Of a DNA stretch of 64,000 nt, positions 58,259 to 64,000 are shown piece after piece. The position numbers were made by a program, and so were the translations under genes. A model generated the notes under the pieces. That model did not search any database, was not told where the DNA came from, and saw nothing but the letters and a program-made list of their open reading frames with translations. The stretch is from an uncultured delta proteobacterium (lineage in GTDB: Bacteria; Myxococcota_A; UBA9160; UBA4427), in the NCBI GenBank assembly GCA_963822965.1, contig CAWGJT010000009.1, positions 128,001 to 192,000 on the forward strand. Reading direction: 5' to 3'. Within the stretch, counting starts at the first letter, position 1, and every line of letters begins with the position of its first letter.

Positions 58259-60654
58259 ATGCTTCGAAGAGCGATTCTCGTCCTCGTCCCCGGGCTGCTC
58301 GTCGGCGCCTGCATCCAGACCGCGCTGCCGCCCGTGCCCGTCGCGCCCCGGGCCGAGCGCGTGAGCTACCTGCAGGACGTGGCGCCGATCCTCGACCGGC
58401 GCTGCGTGGTCTGCCACTCCTGCTACAACGCTGCGTGCCAGCTGAAGCTCAGCTCCTACGAGGGCGTGGACCGCGGCGGATCCAAGCTGCCGGTCTACGA
58501 CAACACGCGCCTCACCGACCAGGCGCCGACCCGGCTCTTCTTCGACGCGCAGACCACCGCCGAGTGGCGCAAGAAGGGATTCCACAGCGTGACGGGGAGC
58601 AGCGCCGAAGGCGAATACAACGACTCCCTGATGCTCTACCTGCTGGACGCCAAGCGGAAGACGCCCCAGAGCCTGGGCGAGTACCATCCCGAGGCCGCGG
58701 ACCTCACCTGCGCGGCGAACCCCAAGGAGCTGGGTGCGATTCCTCGAAGCGCTACCCCGAGCGCGGGATGCCCTTCGGCTTCCCGCCCCTCGCCGACGGG
58801 GAGTACGCCACCCTGGCCCACTGGCTCCAGCAGGATGCTCCGGGGCCGACGCCGGAGGAGCAGCGCGTGCTGACCTCGCCCTCGCCCCGGGGCGCCGCGG
58901 AGATCGCGAAGTGGGAGGCCTTCCTCAACCGCGACGACGCCAAGCACGCGATGACGGCGCGCTACCTCTACGAGCACTTCTTCCTCGCCCACCTGGGCTT
59001 CCGCAACGCCGAGCCGAACGCCTTCTACGAGCTCGTCCGCTCGAAGACGCCGCCCGGAACGCCCATCGAGGTCATCGCCACGCGGCGGCCCTACGACGAG
59101 CCCGGTGTGCCGTCCATCTTCTATCGCTTCCGGAAGATCCACTCGACGATCGTCCACAAGACGCACATGGTGGTCGAGCTCGACGACCAGAAGCTCGCCC
59201 GCATCCAGCAGCTCTTCATCGAGACGCCCGTGGCTCGAGGCGCCGCAAGGAGATGCCCCTCGGCGACGAGGTCGGGCGCGAACCCCTTCCTCATCTACGC
59301 GCAGATCCCGCCGCGCGTCCGCTACCAGTTCCTGCTCGACAACTCGGAGTACGTGCTGCGGACCTTCATCCGCGGCCCGGTCTGCAAGGGTCAGGTCGCC
59401 CTCAACGTCATCAACGACCACTTCTGGGTGATGTTCCTCGACCCGGACGCCGACCCGGTCCTGCAGCACCCGGAGTTCCTGATCGAGCAGGCCGGCAACC
59501 TGCGGCTGCCCGACGGAGCAGGGCAGCGAGGCAAGCCTGATCGACACCTTCAGCAACCGCTACCGCGACCGCTACGCGCGCTTCTACCGCGCGAAGTCGG
59601 CGCTCTACGACGAGACCAGCCCCCACGGACTTCGGGCTCGACGCGATCTGGAAGGGAGAGCGGCCGAGCGACGCCCCATCCTGACCGTCTACCGGCACTT
59701 CGACAGCGCCTCGGTCCACAAGGGCGTGCTCGGCGCGCTTCCCCGCACGCTCTGGGTGATCGACTACGCGCAGTTCGAGCGGATCTACTACGCGCTCGTG
59801 GCCGGATTCGACGTCTTCGGAAACGTGAGCCACCAGGTGAACGTCCGCCGCTACATGGACTACCTGCGGATCGAGGGCGAGCTGAACTTCCTGCAGTTCC
59901 TGCCCGAGAAGGACCGCCTGCCGACCCTGCGGTCGTGGTACATCGGGGACAAGGCCATCGAGAACGTGGACGTGGACGTCAGCTACTTCTCCCGGGGCAC
60001 CCAGGTGGTCTACACGACCGACGCATCCCAAGCGCGAGCTGGTCGAGCAGGCTCGTCGCGGACCACTTCCTGCCCTCGACCGGGATCGCCTTCGATCCCA
60101 TCAACTACCACCGGGACGGGGGTCGCGCCCCCGATGCCCACGCTCGTTCACGACCCACGCCGACATCCTGAACGGCTTCCGGGCGCTGACGGCGCCCGGC
60201 ACGGGCTTCATCCGGCACATGAACGGAAGCCAGGTGAACGTGCTCTACGTGCGCATCCGCAACTACGAAGGCCAGGACCGCCTCTTCTCGATCGTCATCA
60301 ACCGCTGGCACGACAACGTCAACGCCATGTTCGGCGAGGAGAAGCGGCTCGATCCGGCGAAGGACACCATCGACTTCCTGCCGGAGACCATCGGCTCGTA
60401 CCCGAACTACTTCTTCGACGTCGCGGCGGCAGACGTCCCGGATCTCTTCGACCTGCTCGCAGAACTTCGACGGCTCGGAGAAGTACATCGCCAAGGTGCA
60501 GCGCTACGGCGTCAACCGCGGAGACCCCCGCTTCTGGGCCCTCTACGACTGGTTCCAGCAGCGCCTGGACGAGGCCAACCCGGTGCAGGCCGGCCTCTTC
60601 GACCTGAACCGCTACTACTCGAAGGCGATCGCGCCCGACACGCCGGGCTCCTGA
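58259..60654 (+). CDS. cti: fatty acid cis/trans isomerase (heme c), multiple frameshifts
   Basis: ILDRRCVVCHSCYNAACQLKLSSYEG, GMPFG, RYLYEHFFLAH, FIRGPVCKGQVALNVINDHFWV, HFDSASV, ERIYYALVAGFDVFGN, GSYPN, GLFDLNRY. Confidence 0.9.
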
Positions 60655-60707
60655 CCCGTTCGGCGTCGCGACAGCGCCTGCGGCCGTCACGACAGCAGCC
60701 GTCAGGC

Positions 60708-61414
60708 TCACGAAGCCGAGGGCTCCGAGAGATCGGCGACCCGTGCCGCTTCGAGCAGCGACACGAGCTTGTGCGCCCACTCCCGGAACAGGCGCTCGGA
60801 TTCGTACTCCGCGGGGCCCGGAGGCCGCCTGGATCGGGCGACCACTCTCGTGGGCGATGGTGCGCCGCTCTGCGGCACGAAGGACGACCTCGCCGGTCTC
60901 GGAGTCGAGAAGCTCCACGACGAAGGTGAGCTCGCCCACCGAATCGATCCACACCCCGCCGTCGTCCGCGAGCGGTCGGAGCGGCGCGTTCAGCACCAGG
61001 TCGATGAGCGCGACTCGCGCCAGGAGCACGCCGGGCCCTTTCGCGCTCGCCGGCCGCCAGTCCTCCGAGGACGCGATCGATTCGTCGAAGGTCTCCTGGA
61101 GGTATCGCACCAGCACCTTCCGCAGCCCCTCGGGCAGGGGGTAGTTGCTGCGTCGCGCCCAGCTCTCGACGCATTTGCGGATCTTCGCGGTAGTGGATGC
61201 CCAGGAACTGCGGCCACACGCCCTGGTAGCTGCGAGAAGGGGGCGCCCGGTCGTGCCCACGCCCGCTGGAAGCGGCCGTTATCGAGCAGCTGCAGGCCGT
61301 CCTGGCTGCGCTCGGCCTTGGGGCCCGACGACGAACGACGGCGGCGGCGGGGCCGCGCAGCCCGAGAGCGAGTGCGACCACGACCGAGAGCAGAAACCGT
61401 CCGAGCCGCCTCAT
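60708..61414 (-). CDS. DUF3313-like lipoprotein, frameshifted
   Basis: GPGVLLARVALIDL, GELTFVVELLDSETGEVVLRAAERR. Confidence 0.6.
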
Positions 61415-61550
61415 GGGCGCTCCTCCCGCAGTACCCGCTCATCTTACAATCCCGTCGGGCGTCACGTCATCACCCGAACGATTCCGCCGCCGGGCGCCGC
61501 TCCGCGATGCTTGGCCGCCCGCGCGACCCGCAGTAGCTTCGGGCACGGCG

Positions 61551-63250
61551 ATGGCGCATCTCACCCCCGCGAAGGATTCGTCCGCCCCCTTCCCGGCCCT
61601 CTGGATCGCGCTGCCCTGCGCTTCGGCGCTGCTGTTCTCGTGCTGGCCTGGGACGCCGCGCGGCTCGAGACGCCCACCGTCGACGAGTTCGCTCACGTCG
61701 CCGCGGGCTGCGCCTATTGGGAGCACGGCCGCTTCGACCTCTACGCGAAGAACCCGCCGCTGGCGAAGATGCTGACCTGCGCGCTGCCGCTCGCCGCGCT
61801 GCAGATCGAGGTTCCCGAGCCGCGCCGCCGATCGCTCGAGCGCGCGGCCCTGGCTCTACGGTGCGCGCTTCCAGCGCGCCAACGCCGCCGACTATCTCGC
61901 GATCTTCCACCTGGCCCGCCTGCCCGGAATCGCGTTCGCGCTGGCTGCCGCGTGCCTGCTGTGGCGGTGGGCCCGCTCGCTCTTCGGTACGCCCGGCCGC
62001 CTCGGTGACGACGGCGTTCTTCCTGCAGAGCCCCACGCTGCTCGCCCACGCCCACCTGGCCACGGTGGACGTCGCGTGCACGTTCAGCGATATTCGCCAC
62101 CGTCTTCGCGTTGCGCCAGGCGCTTCGCGCGCCCTCGGTGCGGCGCACCGTCGCGACGGGCGTCCTCTGGGGCGTCGCCCTGCTCACGAAGTTCACCGCC
62201 GTGCTGCTGGCGCCGGTCTTCCTGCTGGTTCCCTGGCCGCGGAAGAGCCCCGATCCCGATGACGGCGACAGATCGCGATCGTGGGGGTGACGGCGCTCGC
62301 GGTGGTGAATCTCGGCATGGGCTTCGAGGGCAGCTTCCGCTCCCTGGGCGAGATGGACCTCGTCTCCGGCTTCGGACGCGGCATCCAGCACGCTGTTGCC
62401 TGCGGCGGTTCCCGTCCCCCTTCCCGCCGACTGGGTCACGGGCTTCGACGACCAGAAGCGGGACACCGAGCAGGGTCAGTTCGGCAGCTATCTCTTCGGG
62501 CGATGGTCGGATCGGGGCTGGTGGTACTACGACCTCGTGGCATTCGGGGTCAAGGTGCCGCTTCCCATCCTGGGAATGTTCCTCGCCAGCCCGTTCTTCC
62601 TCTGGCGACGACGACCCGACGCCGTCGAGCTGGCGGCGATCCTCGTTCCGATCCTCGTCCTGTCCGTCTTCCTGGCCGCCTTCAACGTCCTCGACGTCGG
62701 CATCCGCTACCTGCTGCCCGATCTTCCCGCTCCTGTACCTGCTCACCGCCAGCGTGTGGGTCGGTGCCAGCCGTCCCGCCGTGGGCGCCCTGGCGGGCGG
62801 TCTGCTGCTCTTCGGCGCGGTCACCGACCTGCGGATCCATCCCGAGTACCTCCGCTACTTCAACGCCCTGGGCGGCGGACCCGAGAACGGGCACGAGATC
62901 CTGATCGACTCGAACTACGATTGGGGGCAGGATCTCTATCGACTGCCCGCCGCCCTCCGATCCCTGGACGTGGAAGGGGCCGGTGGGCCTTCTCTACTTC
63001 GGCATGGTCGATCCCCACGTCTACGGCATCGACTACCGGTTGGTCCCGCAGCGGCCCGCCCCGGGCTGGATGGCCGTGAGCGTGAACTTCCTTGAAGGGC
63101 TACCCGTACTTCGCGCGGGCGCCGGACGGCTCGCTCGTGTGGATCGAGCCCGGTCACGTGGCCTGGCTCTCGGGCCGGGAGCCGGCGCGGAAGCTCGGCT
63201 CGCTCTGGCTCTTCGACACACGCGACCTCGCCACCGACCCGACGCGCTGA
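61551..63250 (+). CDS. GT-C (PMT/ArnT-like, family 39) membrane glycosyltransferase, multiple frameshifts
   Basis: PTVDEFAHVAAG, NPPLAK, AHAHLATVD, KFTA, GIRYLLP, YFNALGGGP, DSNYDWGQD. Confidence 0.8.
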
Positions 63251-63251
63251 C

Positions 63252-64000
63252 TCAGGGGCGGCCGGCCCGGCTCCGTATCACCAGAGGGTTTCGCGGTGCG
63301 ACCCGCCCGAGTGCCTCGAGATAGTCGTGCGCCGCACCGGGATCGCCCGACGCGACGCTCGCTCGCACCAGCGCTTCGAGGGTCTGGGGATCGTCGGGCT
63401 GCGCGGGGAGGCTCCTTCGCAGATAGCGCAGCGCACGCGCCGGTCGATGCAGCTCCATCAACAGGAGACCGGCGGCCCGGTTCGGCGCCGCCGCCGTGGG
63501 ATACGCCTGCGCGACCATGCGGGCCACGGTCGCGGCCTGCTCGGTCCGCCCCTCGCGCATCCGGACCTGCAGCAGACCTTCCATGGCGTGGAGCCAGTCG
63601 ATCTCGCCGTCGCGCAGCTGCCGGGCCAGAGCCTCGACCTCGTTCTCCGGCTCCGGGAGCACGAACGCGACGGAGTCGTGTCGGAACGGAAAGCTCGAGG
63701 TCAGCTCCTGCACGTCCCATTTCGCCAGCACCCGATCGATGGCCGTGATCGGCATCTCCCGCCGGGCCTCCTCTTCGCTGGGGGCGTTCGACCAGTCGCC
63801 GATCCGACCGTCGCGGGCGAGCGCGTCGCGGAAGGCGTCCGCCAGCAGGAAGTAGCCCTGGTCGTTCGGATGCACGTGCTCGAGCAGCAGCTCGTGGCCG
63901 GGAATCCCGTCCGGAGACGCGCCGGCGAAGCGCTCCTCGACCTCGACGAGCGTGGCGTCGTGACGTCGCGCCAGGGCGCGGATGCGCTCGTTGAAGACGC
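63252..64000 (-). CDS. SGNH/GDSL-type hydrolase with TPRs, C-terminal part (5' outside window)
   Basis: IPGHELLLEHVHPNDQGYFLLA block V-like motif followed by TPR-like helices. Confidence 0.75.
   Translation of the reverse strand, partial: VFNERIRALARRHDATLVEVEERFAGASPDGIPGHELLLEHVHPNDQGYFLLADAFRDALARDGRIGDWSNAPSEEEARREMPITAIDRVLAKWDVQELTSSFPFRHDSVAFVLPEPENEVEALARQLRDGEIDWLHAMEGLLQVRMREGRTEQAATVARMVAQAYPTAAAPNRAAGLLLMELHRPARALRYLRRSLPAQPDDPQTLEALVRASVASGDPGAAHDYLEALGRVAPRNPLVIRSRAGRP

Overview
Very high-GC bacterial DNA. The gene set (PEP-CTERM proteins, ELWxxDGT repeats, a sterol reductase, a STAND ATPase) suggests Myxococcota or a related lineage; this is inference. Left to right: comM 3' end, a sigma-54-type promoter and 75-aa ORF, rmlA-rmlC-apbE-like, alkaline phosphatase/fur/TPR/EEP genes, an arginine succinyltransferase operon (astC-astA-astD plus an ArgZ/DDAH-like gene where astB would be), an icd fragment, a diheme beta-helix protein, a transposase scrap, and P450 / DUF169-patB. 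Then comes a ~14.7 kb minus-strand operon: 2-oxoacid:ferredoxin oxidoreductase (OFOR) alpha/beta, a degenerate PFOR-beta paralogue, rnfB, a giant PFOR-ferredoxin fusion, rnfCDGEA and a 53-aa Cys-rich membrane peptide, with a divergent hemerythrin-like gene. The rest holds an ADP-ribosylglycohydrolase, a sterol reductase, PEP-CTERM proteins, a STAND ATPase, glycan-modification genes, a porin, an MFS transporter, yqeC, cti and GT-C genes. The best candidate for a novel system is the OFOR-Rnf operon: its giant PFOR keeps every Fe-S ligand but has changed its catalytic and substrate-binding residues, so it may be a pseudo-enzyme electron wire. Second is the AST operon with an apparent replacement of AstB. 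Many single-base frameshifts (12-13 kb, 48.8 kb, 58-63 kb) look like sequencing errors. No rRNA, tRNA or CRISPR array was recognised. Family calls come from motif recognition by eye, not database searches.
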